Source: Alphaproteobacteria bacterium
GTDB taxonomy: Bacteria; Pseudomonadota; Alphaproteobacteria; JAIXQD01
Length of the DNA: 64,000 nt
Reading direction: 5' to 3'
Assembly: GCA_965246895.1 (NCBI GenBank)
Contig: OZ251993.1
Location: 466,654-530,653 of the forward strand
A program made the translations under genes and the position numbers. Under the pieces are notes generated by a model. That model did not search any database. It was given only the letters and a program-made list of their open reading frames with translations, and had not been told where the DNA came from. How positions within the stretch are numbered: the stretch's first letter is position 1; each line of letters starts with the position of its first letter. This document shows positions 33,040-43,059 of the stretch, one piece after another.

Positions 33040-33680
33040 TGACGACTGTCTATGAAGGCCAGCATACGGGCGAATTTATCGTCAGTGAAGCGAACGGCAC
33101 GCAATCGCGCGATACGGTGACCATCGCTTCAGGCGAAGTCTTGAAGCCAGGCCATGTGCTGGGCCGCACCAAGGTCGCAACGGCATTAGGCGCGGCGGCG
33201 TCCGGCAATACCGGGAACGGCGCTATTTCCGCCGTCACGGCGGGCGGCGCGGTCAAAGACGGCATTTATCTTGCAGTCTGCGTCGAGCCAGGGTCGAACG
33301 GCGGCATCTTTGAGGTCGAAGGGCCGGACGGGATCGTGGTCGGGTTCGCCACGGTCGGCACGCCGTTCAATACCGAGATCGGCTTCACGATCACCGATGG
33401 CAGCGCCGACTTTATCGCGGGCGACCGCTTCGCCATCACGGTCACGACCACGCTCGATAAATACAAGGCGTACAACCCGGCCAATTCGGACGGCTCGCAG
33501 ACGGCTTACGGCGTGCTGTATGCGGCGGTCGATGCCAGCGGCGGCGATACGGATGGCGTGGCTCTGCTGCGGGATGCCGAGATCAATGCCGGGGAGATCA
33601 TCTGGTTTGCCGGTGCCACCGATCTGCAGAAAGCGGCAGGTCTGCGCCAGCTAAGACGGCAAGGCATTCTCGCCCGCTAA
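33039..33680 (+). CDS. Head decoration protein
   Basis: FIVSEANGTQSRD..PGHVLG..DGSQTAYGVLY; precedes the capsid gene. Confidence 0.85.
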   Translation: MTTVYEGQHTGEFIVSEANGTQSRDTVTIASGEVLKPGHVLGRTKVATALGAAASGNTGNGAISAVTAGGAVKDGIYLAVCVEPGSNGGIFEVEGPDGIVVGFATVGTPFNTEIGFTITDGSADFIAGDRFAITVTTTLDKYKAYNPANSDGSQTAYGVLYAAVDASGGDTDGVALLRDAEINAGEIIWFAGATDLQKAAGLRQLRRQGILAR

Positions 33681-33702
33681 ACGACCATCACAATCACATG
33701 AC

Positions 33703-33725
33703 GGCGGCTTTTGGCCGCCTTTTTT
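33703..33725 (+). terminator. Hairpin plus T-tract between decoration and capsid genes
   Basis: GGCGGC-TTTTG-GCCGCC-TTTTTT. Confidence 0.6.
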
Positions 33726-33740
33726 ATTGGAGAAACGCTC

Positions 33741-34757
33741 ATGCCAGCTTTGGATATCTTTAACAACGATGCCTTCTCGCTCGTCACCCTGACGGACAGC
33801 ATTAACAATATGCCCTTCGTGCCAGGCCGGGTCGGCCAGCTCGGTCTGTTTATCGAGCGCGGGGTGCCGACAACCAGCGTCATGATCGAAGAAAAGGACG
33901 GCGTGCTGTCGCTGATCGAATCGACGCTGCGAGGTGCGCCCGCCAAGCAGAACATCAACAATAAGCGCCGTGCACGCTCCCTAGTGATCCCGCATATCGC
34001 CGAGGAGGATACGATCCTGGCCGACGAGGTGCAGAACGTCCGCGCCTTTGGGAGCGAAGACACGCTCGAAGGTGTCCAGTCGGTGGTCAACGACCGGCTG
34101 GCGACCATGGCCATGAAGCACGACGCGACCCTGGAGCATTTGCGGATCGGTGCCATCAAAGGCCAGATCCTCGATGCTGATGGCACCACCATCCTCTACG
34201 ACCTGTTCGACGAGTTCGGGGTCAGCCAGCAGGCCGAGGTCGATTTCGATCTCGACAATAATGCGCCGACGCCAGGCGCGGTGCGTAAGAAATGTCACGA
34301 TGTCGTCCGCAAGGTCGAGGACGAGCTGGGCGTGGCGCCTTACGATCACATCCACTGCTTCTGCTCGCCGGAATTCTTCGACGATCTGGTCTCGCATCCC
34401 GAAGTGACCGAAGCCTATAACCGCTTTCAGGAAGGCTCGTTCCTGCGGGCGGGGTTTGCGCGGAAGTCCTTTGTCTATGCCGATATCGTCTTCGAGGAAT
34501 ATCGCGGCAAGGTCGGCAGCGTCGACTTTATCGCGGCCAACAAGGCGCACTTTTTTCCGGTCGGCGTGCCGGGCCTGTTCCGGCAGTACAACGCGCCCGC
34601 CGACTTCGTCGAAACGGTCAATACCATCGGCCTGCCGCGCTATGCCAAGCAAGCCGTCGATACCGACTTCGGGCGCTGGGTGAGATTGCACACGCAGTCG
34701 AACCCGCTGCCGGTCTGCATCAAGCCGCGCACGCTGATCAAGGGCAAGCGTACCTGA
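33741..34757 (+). CDS. Major capsid protein (lambda gpE family)
   Basis: DIFNNDAFS, TLEHLRIGAIKG, APAD..ETVNT.G.P.YAK and QSNPL motifs. Confidence 0.95.
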   Translation: MPALDIFNNDAFSLVTLTDSINNMPFVPGRVGQLGLFIERGVPTTSVMIEEKDGVLSLIESTLRGAPAKQNINNKRRARSLVIPHIAEEDTILADEVQNVRAFGSEDTLEGVQSVVNDRLATMAMKHDATLEHLRIGAIKGQILDADGTTILYDLFDEFGVSQQAEVDFDLDNNAPTPGAVRKKCHDVVRKVEDELGVAPYDHIHCFCSPEFFDDLVSHPEVTEAYNRFQEGSFLRAGFARKSFVYADIVFEEYRGKVGSVDFIAANKAHFFPVGVPGLFRQYNAPADFVETVNTIGLPRYAKQAVDTDFGRWVRLHTQSNPLPVCIKPRTLIKGKRT

Positions 34758-34759
34758 TC

Positions 34760-35083
34760 ATGTCCATCAGCTTTATGATCGACCAGCTCTTTGCCGATCC
34801 CGTGATCGGCAAAGATGCCGTCTATACGCTCAAAGACACGAGCGTCGGCTTCCCTGTGCGCGTGACCCTCAACCAGCCGGACGAGATCGTCGGGTTCGGC
34901 GCGGGCCAGTTGCAGGGCGTCTCGACGCTGATCGATGTGCGGGTCAGCGAAGTGGCCTCTCCGCAGGCAGGCGACAGCCTGACCATCGGTTCTGTCAGCT
35001 ATAGCGTACAGGGGGAGCCTCGCGCCGACCGTGAGCGGCTGGTCTGGCGGCTTTCTGCTTATGCGGCAGCCTATGCGACTTAA
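34760..35083 (+). CDS. Head-tail joining protein
   Basis: Position after capsid; PQAGD..DRERLVW pattern. Confidence 0.75.
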   Translation: MSISFMIDQLFADPVIGKDAVYTLKDTSVGFPVRVTLNQPDEIVGFGAGQLQGVSTLIDVRVSEVASPQAGDSLTIGSVSYSVQGEPRADRERLVWRLSAYAAAYAT

Positions 35084-35714
35084 GGCGGCGCTCACAGGCA
35101 GCCTAAAGGCCTATATGGCGGCGGAACTCAAAGCGGCGGAACAGGCGGTCGCGGGCGGGGTCAAAGGCGCGACGGACGGGTTGAAGGACGAATTGCGCGG
35201 CCAGGTCACCAAGGCAGGTCTCGGCGACAAGCTGGCCAAAAGCTGGCGCGGCGAGGTTTACCCGCGCAACGGCCAGAGCATCAATGCGGCGGGCTTCGTC
35301 TATACCAAAGCGCCGCAGATCATCAGCGCCTTTGCTTTCGGCGCGACGATCCGCGGCAAGAGCGGACGCTACCTGGCGATTCCGACCAAGCATGTGCCGC
35401 GCCGCAAGGGTAAGCCGATCTCGCCTGCCGATTTTGCCAGCGGCAATCAGAAGCTGGTGTTCGTGCCGCCACACGGTCGTCGCAAGGTCGCGCTGCTGGT
35501 GCTGGAAAACCAGCGGCTGACATCGAAAGGCCGGGCGCGGGGCGCGTCCGACCGCGCCATCAGCAAAGGCAAGGTCGCCACCGTCATCATGTTCATTCTG
35601 GTGCCGCAGGTGTCGCTGAAGAAGCGCCTCGATATCGACACCGCATCGAACAAATGGATCGGGCGACTGCCGGAACTGGTCAACGCCAGCTGGCCCCAAA
35701 AGACAAACGCGTAA
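35073..35714 (+). CDS. DUF6441-like neck/tail completion protein
   Basis: GLKDELRGQV..YLAIPT..FILVPQV pattern; position. Confidence 0.75.
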   Translation: MRLKAALTGSLKAYMAAELKAAEQAVAGGVKGATDGLKDELRGQVTKAGLGDKLAKSWRGEVYPRNGQSINAAGFVYTKAPQIISAFAFGATIRGKSGRYLAIPTKHVPRRKGKPISPADFASGNQKLVFVPPHGRRKVALLVLENQRLTSKGRARGASDRAISKGKVATVIMFILVPQVSLKKRLDIDTASNKWIGRLPELVNASWPQKTNA

Positions 35715-35735
35715 AACACCTGACAAGGCGGATTC

Positions 35736-36164
35736 ATGAGCCAACGCGAAGCGATCATGCTGGCGTTGTTTGCAACACTGCAGACAATTAGCGGCCCAAA
35801 GGTGCTGCGGAACGAAAGCCTGCCGGAGACGGTACCGCCGGGAGGGTTGCTGATCCTCCGCGACGGCGATGCGGGCGAGCCGGAAGTTATGCTGTCGCCG
35901 CTGTCCTACTATTGGGAGCGCAGGGCTGAGGTCGAGGTGATCGTTACCGCTGCCGCTGCCACCACGCGCGACCAGCTGCTAGACGATCTTATTACGTCCA
36001 TCGGCGCTGCGCTAGCCGTCGACCGCACGCTAGGCGGCAGCTGCGATTACGCAGCGGCCTTTGCGCCGCAGACCAGTGAAGTCACAGGCGACGGCATGCA
36101 GCCGTTCCGCGGCGCAATCGTTCCCATCGATCTGATCTACACCAGCGCCGATGCGCTGGGCTGA
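35736..36164 (+). CDS. Putative tail terminator
   Basis: ILRDGDAGEPEVMLSPL and DRTLGG; position before the tail tube. Confidence 0.7.
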   Translation: MSQREAIMLALFATLQTISGPKVLRNESLPETVPPGGLLILRDGDAGEPEVMLSPLSYYWERRAEVEVIVTAAAATTRDQLLDDLITSIGAALAVDRTLGGSCDYAAAFAPQTSEVTGDGMQPFRGAIVPIDLIYTSADALG

Positions 36165-36198
36165 GAACTAAACAAACCCACTAACAAAGGAGTTATTC

Positions 36199-37143
36199 AT
36201 GGCACGTGCCTATGGCGCGAACGCGCAGCTATTGGGATCGTTCGAAACTATCTATGGCATGCCGCCAGCGGGTGACTTCCTGCAGCTGCCGTTCGTCAGT
36301 TCCGAACTTGACTCCGAGCAGGGGCTGATCGCTTCCGATCTGCTGGGTCAGGGCCGCGACCCGTCACAGCCGATCCGCGACGTGATCAATGTCGAAGGCA
36401 ATATCGTGGTGCCGGTCGACCTGCGGAATATCGGGCATTGGCTGCGGGCGCTATTAGGCGATCCGACCACGGGCGGCGCGGGGAATTACGTCCATACCTT
36501 CGGCTCAGGCGCGGTCGAACTGCCGAGCCTATCTGTCGAAGTCGGCAAGCCAGAGGTGCCGCATTACGCGATGAACTTGGGCGTGAGAGCCAATTCGCTG
36601 CAGCTGACCTTTGCCCGCTCAGGCGCGGCCAATGCCACCATCAGCTGCATCGCGCAGGGTCAGGAGACGGATACGGAGAGTGCGGGCGGCACGCCGACCG
36701 CGATGGTCGTCACCCGTTTCAACCAGTTTCAGGGCTCGATCAAAAAAGACGGCGAGGCGCTCGGCAATGTCACCGGGGCGCAGCTGACCTACAGCAATAA
36801 TATGGAAAAGATCGAGACGATCCGTGCGGACGGCAAGCTGGAGGGTGCCGATCCGGCGGGCGCGACCTTGCAGGGCACCATCGATGTGCGCTTTGCGGAC
36901 ACATCGTTGATCGATGCCGCAACCAATAACACGCCGATCACGCTTGAGTTCGGCTATGTGATCGACGATGCGAAGTCACTGCTCTTCACCGCGCACGAGG
37001 TCTATCTGCCGAAGCCGAAACTGCCCGTCAGCGGGCCGGGCGGCATCCAGGCGAGTTTCAACTGGCAGGCGGCGAAGGCGACTGATTTCCCAAGCCGCAT
37101 GCTGACGGTCATCCTCAAGAACGATGTGGAGGCTTACGCATGA
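36199..37143 (+). CDS. Tail tube protein
   Basis: MARAYGANAQ, LLGQGRDP and GPGGIQASFNWQA; AAGGAG RBS. Confidence 0.88.
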   Translation: MARAYGANAQLLGSFETIYGMPPAGDFLQLPFVSSELDSEQGLIASDLLGQGRDPSQPIRDVINVEGNIVVPVDLRNIGHWLRALLGDPTTGGAGNYVHTFGSGAVELPSLSVEVGKPEVPHYAMNLGVRANSLQLTFARSGAANATISCIAQGQETDTESAGGTPTAMVVTRFNQFQGSIKKDGEALGNVTGAQLTYSNNMEKIETIRADGKLEGADPAGATLQGTIDVRFADTSLIDAATNNTPITLEFGYVIDDAKSLLFTAHEVYLPKPKLPVSGPGGIQASFNWQAAKATDFPSRMLTVILKNDVEAYA

Positions 37144-37472
37144 TCACCCTGAACCTGAAACGTGAGCCTTACTGGTTGGATCTGGTCGATGGCGTGCGGC
37201 TCTTTGTGAAGCCTGCCTCCTCCGCTCTCATCATGGCGGCGCGGATCTCGGCGCTGCTGGTCAGCGGGCCGGAGCGCGGGGCGGAACTGCTGAAGCGACT
37301 GGCCGTGGCCGCCATCCTCGATTGGGAGGGTGTTGGTAACGAGGCGGGCGACAAAGCTGAGCCAACCCCTGAACGGGTAGAAGCCCTACTGGAACTCTAT
37401 CCGGTCGCCGAGGCCTTCGAGCGGCTCTACCTGCTGCCCGCCATGCTACTGGAGACGGAAAAAAACGACTGA
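37140..37472 (+). CDS. Tail assembly chaperone (gpG-like)
   Basis: ILDWEGVG; ends EKND over a slippery site. Confidence 0.8.
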   Translation: MITLNLKREPYWLDLVDGVRLFVKPASSALIMAARISALLVSGPERGAELLKRLAVAAILDWEGVGNEAGDKAEPTPERVEALLELYPVAEAFERLYLLPAMLLETEKND

Positions 37473-37813
37473 CGGCCCGCTGCCGCTGGCATTTTAGCGG
37501 CGGGTCGGATTATTGCGCCGGATGCGGCGAGGCAGGCTTGCCCTGCGCTGACGGTGGCCAGACCGCAGCAGGCGAGCTTTGCCCTTACATAATGCACCAG
37601 CCAGAAACGATGGAAGGCTGGGAGGCCTGGGATCTGGTGCTGAAAGGCAGCGGCCAGATCCGCTTCTGCCATACGGTGCCGACCGGTTTCGATCTGACGG
37701 CGCTGTTCAACCTCGCTACCGCCATCGGTTACGACAATTGCGCCGCCGCCGAACTGCTGCCCGCCTGCGAGACGGGCGTGATCGCCGCCCTGCATGAAAA
37801 ACTGAAAGACTAG
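37460..37813 (+). CDS. Tail chaperone -1 frameshift extension (gpT-like)
   Basis: A AAA AAC at 37460-37466; -1 frame open (RLTARCRWHFSGGSDYCAGC...) to the stop at 37813. Confidence 0.75.
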   Translation, partial: KKRLTARCRWHFSGGSDYCAGCGEAGLPCADGGQTAAGELCPYIMHQPETMEGWEAWDLVLKGSGQIRFCHTVPTGFDLTALFNLATAIGYDNCAAAELLPACETGVIAALHEKLKD

Positions 37814-37814
37814 A

Positions 37815-40364
37815 ATGACCGAACGCAATCTTGCCATTCGTCTGACCGTGCTGGACGGCGGCAAGGTGAAGGCGGAGCTGCGCGAGGTCGGCGAGACCGG
37901 TGAAAAATCACTCAAGCGGATCGAGCTTGCGGGCAATCCGGCATCGCTCGGTCTCAAAGCTGTCAGCGCGGCGGCGAACGATGTGCGCGGAGCCGCTGTC
38001 GGCATGGCCACGCAGCTGGGGCCGGTAGGCGCGGGGCTAGTGGCGTTAGGGCCAGCCGGGATCGCGGCGGCAACGGTTGTGGCAGGACTGACTTATGTGC
38101 TGAAAGAAAGCATCAGCGCCGGGGGCGAGGCCGAACGCGCCTTCAACCGTATCTCCGCCGTGCTGAAGGCGACCGGCAGCGCCTCCGGCCTGACTGCCAA
38201 GGGCCTGGAGGAATTCGCCGAGGGCATCGAACGGGCGACGCTGGCCACATCCGAGCAGGTGCTGGATGCCGCCAGTGTGCTGACCACCTTCCGGTCTGTC
38301 TCCGGCGATACGTTCAAGCGGGCGCTGGGCCTCGCGGAAGATTTGTCGGTCGTATTCGGCACCGACCTTACCAGCGCCAGTAAGCAGCTGGGCAAGGCGC
38401 TGGAAGAGCCGAGTGAAGGCCTATCGGCGTTGCGACGCGTTGGTGTCGTCTTCACTGACAGCCAGAAAGACCTGATCAAATCGCTATCCGATACCGGGCA
38501 GACGGTGGCCGCGCAGAACGTGATCCTCGATGCGCTGCAGGCCAAGATCGGCGGCGCGGCGGCAGGTGAAAAAAAAGGGCTGGTCGGCGCTGCGAACGAT
38601 CTTGGCGATGCCTGGGACAATATGCTGAAAGACCTGGGCCGGACTGAAGACGTGGCTGGGCCGGTCACGATCTTCTTCAAAGGCCTGACTAACATCTTCG
38701 ATTATATCCGCGAGTCGGCGCAGCCGTCGATTGGCGCACAGGTCGAGGATGTCACCAAGCAGCTGCAGGCCGCGCAGGCGGCAGTCGAGAAGCTTAAAGC
38801 GCCCGATGCGGGCGGCACGGTATTTTCCAATAAGCCGCTGATTGATCTGCAGGAAAAGCGCGTCGCCGAACTCCAGACAAGGCTCAATAAAGTCATCAGT
38901 GATGGCCAGCAAGAGTTCGATGCGACCGCCAAAGCCGAAGCCGAGGCGCGAAAGGGTCAGGATGAGGCCGCCGCGCAGGGTCGCCTCGATAAGCTGACCG
39001 AGCAGAAAAAGCAGATCAATGACGCGCTCGATAAGCTGGTTAGCGATCCCGCCACGAAGATCGCCAAGATTAATCAGGAACTGGACGGCACTAAGCTTCG
39101 CCTCAACACCCTGCGTGAAAAAGACGGCAAGACGGATGGCAAGGTCGATGCCGCGATAGCCGATGCCGAGAAGCTTGCAAGGAGCCAGATCGACGCCGTT
39201 CAAAAGCCGATCAACGAGGCGGCGGCAACTGCGGCGGCTTCAAACAGGAAAGTCATCGACGATCTCACGCGGGGGATCACAGGCATTGCCGACAAGCGCC
39301 AGGCCTTTATCGAGCAGGCCGTAAGCCGTCTCAATAAAGATGCCAGCAGCAGCGATAAGGCCGATGCCAAGCGGCTGGCCGGGCAGTTGTTCGACCAGCA
39401 GGCCTATCAGGAAGCCGAGAAGGTCATCGACGACCTGCAGGATAAGCTCAAAGGCGTCACCGACAAGCGCACCACGTTCATTAAGGATACGCTCGATCGC
39501 GTATCGACCAGCGCCTCTCCAGAGATCCGTAAGCGGGTAGAAGATCTGGCGGGTGCGCTCTACGACCAGGGGATAGCCGAGGAAAAACTCAAGAAGCTGA
39601 AGGAAGACGGACAGAAGGTCACCGAGTCGACGCGCGATGCGACGGCTACCTATGCCGCGGAGGTCAAGCGGCTCAAGGAACTGCTCGACGCGGGTGCCAT
39701 CTCGCAGGACACTTACAATCTCGCCATGGCCAATGCGGGCAAGGAGCAGCTGAAAGGCCGCAAGGATGCCGAGGCAGGCGCACAGCGGGCCTTCGCCGCC
39801 TATCAGGAGCAGGCGCAGGACAGCGCCAGCGCCGTCGAGGCCGCTTTCACAAAAGGTATGAAGGCGACCGAGGATGCCATTACCGATGCCGTTACTTCGG
39901 GCGGTGCCAGCCTGAGCAGCCTCGGCGATCTGGCAAATTCGATTGTGGCCGACATCACCCGCATGCTGGTGCAGAAGTCGATCACCGGCCCGCTCTTTAA
40001 TGCTATCAGCGGCAGCATGGGCGAAGGCGGTGCGCTTGAAGGCATCTTGGGCAGCATCTTCCACGAAGGCGGGATCGCAGGCGGGGCTGCGCCGAGCCGC
40101 ATAGTGCATCCAGCCGTGTTTGCCGGAGCACCGCGCTACCATAGCGGCGGGATCGCTGGCCTCAAACCAAATGAAGTGCCTGCCATTCTTGAGCGCGGCG
40201 AGCGGATCATCCCGAATGGTCGCAAAGGCGGCGGCAGGATGGGGTCGTCCGTCAATGTCACGATGAATATCACCACGCCCGATGCCAACAGCTTCCGGTC
40301 AAGCAAGGCACAGGTCACGGCAGAAGCGGCCAAGGCTCTGGATCGCGCGAGACGGAACCTCTAG
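37815..40364 (+). CDS. Tail tape measure protein
   Basis: Long Ala-rich helical ORF; QLGKALEEP; C-terminal FHEGG..PRYHSGG..EVPAILERGE. Confidence 0.93.
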   Translation: MTERNLAIRLTVLDGGKVKAELREVGETGEKSLKRIELAGNPASLGLKAVSAAANDVRGAAVGMATQLGPVGAGLVALGPAGIAAATVVAGLTYVLKESISAGGEAERAFNRISAVLKATGSASGLTAKGLEEFAEGIERATLATSEQVLDAASVLTTFRSVSGDTFKRALGLAEDLSVVFGTDLTSASKQLGKALEEPSEGLSALRRVGVVFTDSQKDLIKSLSDTGQTVAAQNVILDALQAKIGGAAAGEKKGLVGAANDLGDAWDNMLKDLGRTEDVAGPVTIFFKGLTNIFDYIRESAQPSIGAQVEDVTKQLQAAQAAVEKLKAPDAGGTVFSNKPLIDLQEKRVAELQTRLNKVISDGQQEFDATAKAEAEARKGQDEAAAQGRLDKLTEQKKQINDALDKLVSDPATKIAKINQELDGTKLRLNTLREKDGKTDGKVDAAIADAEKLARSQIDAVQKPINEAAATAAASNRKVIDDLTRGITGIADKRQAFIEQAVSRLNKDASSSDKADAKRLAGQLFDQQAYQEAEKVIDDLQDKLKGVTDKRTTFIKDTLDRVSTSASPEIRKRVEDLAGALYDQGIAEEKLKKLKEDGQKVTESTRDATATYAAEVKRLKELLDAGAISQDTYNLAMANAGKEQLKGRKDAEAGAQRAFAAYQEQAQDSASAVEAAFTKGMKATEDAITDAVTSGGASLSSLGDLANSIVADITRMLVQKSITGPLFNAISGSMGEGGALEGILGSIFHEGGIAGGAAPSRIVHPAVFAGAPRYHSGGIAGLKPNEVPAILERGERIIPNGRKGGGRMGSSVNVTMNITTPDANSFRSSKAQVTAEAAKALDRARRNL

Positions 40365-40427
40365 TATTCCTTAAATGTCAGCAAGCTTAAGGTTGCTATG
40401 GTATCATTACGTGCTTATCATCGAGGT

Positions 40428-40751
40428 ATGTCGGTTGTGAAAGCCTGTATAGCTGTGTTAGCGGTTTTTGCCCTGTGTTGGGCGGGCATCTCTGTTGCAC
40501 AAACGGTTCACACGATCTCTAACGCATCCGGACAGCATTTAGAAAAATGCCACGATCATTCTGCTGGTCAGCAGGAAAAGAATACAAAGACCCAATGCTG
40601 TAAGTATGATTGCTGTATCGCCAAAGTCATACCGATGGCATCACCTAAACATTCGCCTTATGCCTATGTTTATAGTTACGCAATAGACGCTAAGCCACCA
40701 CAAATGGTTGGTAATTATGAGCGTCTGGATAAGCCGCCGAAGGCTGGTTGA
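40428..40751 (+). CDS. Small exported Cys/His-containing protein
   Basis: Signal-like N-terminus; CHDH, CCKYDCC and terminal RLDKPPK, typical of metal-locus leader ORFs. Confidence 0.6.
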   Translation: MSVVKACIAVLAVFALCWAGISVAQTVHTISNASGQHLEKCHDHSAGQQEKNTKTQCCKYDCCIAKVIPMASPKHSPYAYVYSYAIDAKPPQMVGNYERLDKPPKAG

Positions 40752-40792
40752 TTTTCATACCTGAAAATTCAACTTACCTTTAAGAGGCACCA

Positions 40793-41227
40793 ATGACCAA
40801 TAAGTCTTATCTCGCGGCAATGCTCGCGTTATCACTAATCGTATCCGCTCCGGCCTTTGCCATGTGCCCTATGCCAGACGGTGACCAGCCTGCTGATCAC
40901 ATGATGGAACATTCGAGCCATGACATGGGGCATGGTAGCGATCACCAAATGCAACATCAGATGAGCGCCAAAAAAGATATCTATGCTTCGGCGATGGATA
41001 AGATGATGGCCAACATGCCGGAGGCGGTTGGCGATGCTGATGCCGATTACATGCGCGGTATGATTGTCCACCATCAGGCAGCAGTTGATATGTCAAACAC
41101 TGCTCTACAAAAGGCGCAAAACCCGCAGCTAAGGGCGCTGGCCGATACGATTATCACGGCTCAAAAAAGTGAGATCGCCTATATGAGGGAATGGCTCCGG
41201 ATGCATGATTTTTCGCAGCCGAAGTAA
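40793..41227 (+). CDS. DUF305/CopM-like periplasmic copper-binding protein
   Basis: Signal peptide; His/Met-rich stretch; MIVHHQAAVDMS..AQKSEIAYM. Confidence 0.88.
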   Translation: MTNKSYLAAMLALSLIVSAPAFAMCPMPDGDQPADHMMEHSSHDMGHGSDHQMQHQMSAKKDIYASAMDKMMANMPEAVGDADADYMRGMIVHHQAAVDMSNTALQKAQNPQLRALADTIITAQKSEIAYMREWLRMHDFSQPK

Positions 41228-41239
41228 ATTAGAGGAGAG

Positions 41240-41266
41240 GCCTCGCATCAATGCGGGGCTTTTCTT
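41240..41266 (+). terminator. Intrinsic terminator
   Basis: GCCTCGCAT-CA-ATGCGGGGC followed by TTTTCTTT. Confidence 0.65.
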
Positions 41267-41275
41267 TGCTTGTCG

Positions 41276-41294
41276 TATACCCCTTAGGGGTATA
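41276..41294. promoter_or_regulatory. CsoR/RcnR-type operator
   Basis: TATACCCC-TTA-GGGGTATA palindrome upstream of the operon ending in a CsoR-like gene. Confidence 0.8.
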
Positions 41295-41305
41295 TTAACT
41301 CGGCT

Positions 41306-41947
41306 ATGTTTAAGATTGCGTTCGTGAAAATTGCCCTTGCTGCACTGATTGCCCTGATGCCAATAGCCGCCGTAGCCAAGCCGGTTTCCTATGTAGGTGG
41401 TACTATGGTCATGCAGGAGAACGACGAGACGGGGCAGACGCTAAATCTCGACTATACCTTTGACCCGCACTTTTCTGCTGGCCTCTATGCCAAGCATGAA
41501 ATTGAAGGCAAGGAATATACAACTGTTGGCCCGCAGTTAAATTCCCTCATCAAGCGCTGGAACCTACCGGGCGCTCAAGGCAACATTTTTAATTCCAGTG
41601 GCCTTGGCGCTTCCCGCTATCAAGGGGATAATGAGTTCACGGCTTGGACAGGCTTTTTGGGGGATTACGAGACCCGCCGTATCTTCACTTCGTATGAAGC
41701 GCGAGTCATGCATGTCGATAATGTCGAGAACTACTTCTGGCAGAAAGCCCGCATTGGTGTCGCGCCGTACATTACGAATTATGATGGGCTACATACGTGG
41801 CTGATGCTGCAAGTGGACGACCATCCGGCCAAAAATGACACTTGGGTCGTCACGCCGCTGGTGCGTTTCTTTTATCACACCACACTGGTCGAGGCTGGGT
41901 ACAGCAGCAACGATCACCTCATGTTTAATTGGGTCTTACAGTTCTAA
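41306..41947 (+). CDS. Exported, probable outer-membrane beta-barrel protein
   Basis: Signal peptide; alternating beta pattern; terminal Phe (FNWVLQF). Confidence 0.7.
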   Translation: MFKIAFVKIALAALIALMPIAAVAKPVSYVGGTMVMQENDETGQTLNLDYTFDPHFSAGLYAKHEIEGKEYTTVGPQLNSLIKRWNLPGAQGNIFNSSGLGASRYQGDNEFTAWTGFLGDYETRRIFTSYEARVMHVDNVENYFWQKARIGVAPYITNYDGLHTWLMLQVDDHPAKNDTWVVTPLVRFFYHTTLVEAGYSSNDHLMFNWVLQF

Positions 41948-41960
41948 CCAAGGAGTATTT

Positions 41961-42248
41961 ATGCGTAAAACAATCTTAGCTACCAGCCTGTTCATTCTCG
42001 CGGCTTCAACGGCTCAGGCCGATACCATCCGGGCATCGGTTGATGGCCTTGTCTGCTCATTCTGTGCAACAGGTATCGAAAAGAGCTTCCAAGCTAATCC
42101 CGATGTCAGCAACATCAAGGTCGATCTTGACCAGAAGCTGGTTACAATCACCACAGAAGGCCATAATGACCTGTCAGATGCCTCGGTAACCAAGACTATT
42201 ACGGACGCTGGCTATAAGGTCACCAATATCTCGCGGGAAGCCTCGTGA
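41961..42248 (+). CDS. Periplasmic heavy-metal-associated (HMA, MerP/CopZ-like) protein
   Basis: Signal peptide; GLVCSFCA; ITDAGYKV. Confidence 0.9.
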   Translation: MRKTILATSLFILAASTAQADTIRASVDGLVCSFCATGIEKSFQANPDVSNIKVDLDQKLVTITTEGHNDLSDASVTKTITDAGYKVTNISREAS

Positions 42249-42622
42249 GCGTTAAAGCTGCCACCCTTCACACCCTAACCCTGTTCGGCTCGGCCAGCAC
42301 GCTTATCTGCTGTGCCTTGCCTGCCTTGTTTGTATCGCTTGGGGCTGGGGCAGCCTTAATAGGGCTGACAACGGCTATCCCGCAGCTTGTGTGGCTGTCT
42401 GAACATAAGATTGGGCTATTCGCCTTTGCAGCGGTGATGCTTACGACTTCGGGCATAATGCAATGGCGCAATCGCTATGCAGCTTGCCCGATTGACCCGG
42501 AAGCAGCGCGGGCTTGCCTAAGGTTGCGTAAGATCAGCGTTTCAATCTTCTTCTTCTCGGTAACGCTTTTCATCGTTGGCTTCTTTTTTGCCTTTGTCGC
42601 TGCCAACCTTATGAGGATGTAA
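42245..42622 (+). CDS. MerT-like metal transporter
   Basis: STLICCALP, three TM helices, ACPID..AC loop. Confidence 0.8.
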   Translation: MSVKAATLHTLTLFGSASTLICCALPALFVSLGAGAALIGLTTAIPQLVWLSEHKIGLFAFAAVMLTTSGIMQWRNRYAACPIDPEAARACLRLRKISVSIFFFSVTLFIVGFFFAFVAANLMRM

Positions 42623-42924
42623 TGACCAAGGAGAAATCTAAAGATTGCTGTCCTGTCTATCCTTCGCACGAAAGCCAAGTGGGGCGCTTAAACCGTGCCA
42701 TCGGCCAGTTGGAAGGCTCCAAGAAGATGATTGACGAGCGCAGATACTGCCCGGAGATTATCGCCGTATTGCGCGGGGCTAGAGCCGCCATTAAAGCGGT
42801 AGAAGCAAATATACTCGAAACCTACCTTGGCTCCTGCGTCACTGAAACATTTAGTTCGGGCAGTAAGGAAGACAGGGCGCAAAAACTTGCTGAACTAAAA
42901 GACCTGTTTAAAAAACTAGGCTGA
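42622..42924 (+). CDS. csoR: CsoR/RcnR family metal-sensing repressor
   Basis: RLNRAIGQLEG..RYCPEI..ETYLGSCV; the usual His ligand reads Tyr. Confidence 0.85.
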   Translation: MTKEKSKDCCPVYPSHESQVGRLNRAIGQLEGSKKMIDERRYCPEIIAVLRGARAAIKAVEANILETYLGSCVTETFSSGSKEDRAQKLAELKDLFKKLG

Positions 42925-43059
42925 ATGAAACATATCTCTGCGTGAACGCTCGAATAGCTTCCTCCTAACAAGAGATGTCGCGCAGCTACCTGGTAGCCTC
43001 GCACACATTATTTCGATTTGAACTGCCTTCAGCTTTCTGAGGTTGCGGAGTCTTTACGC

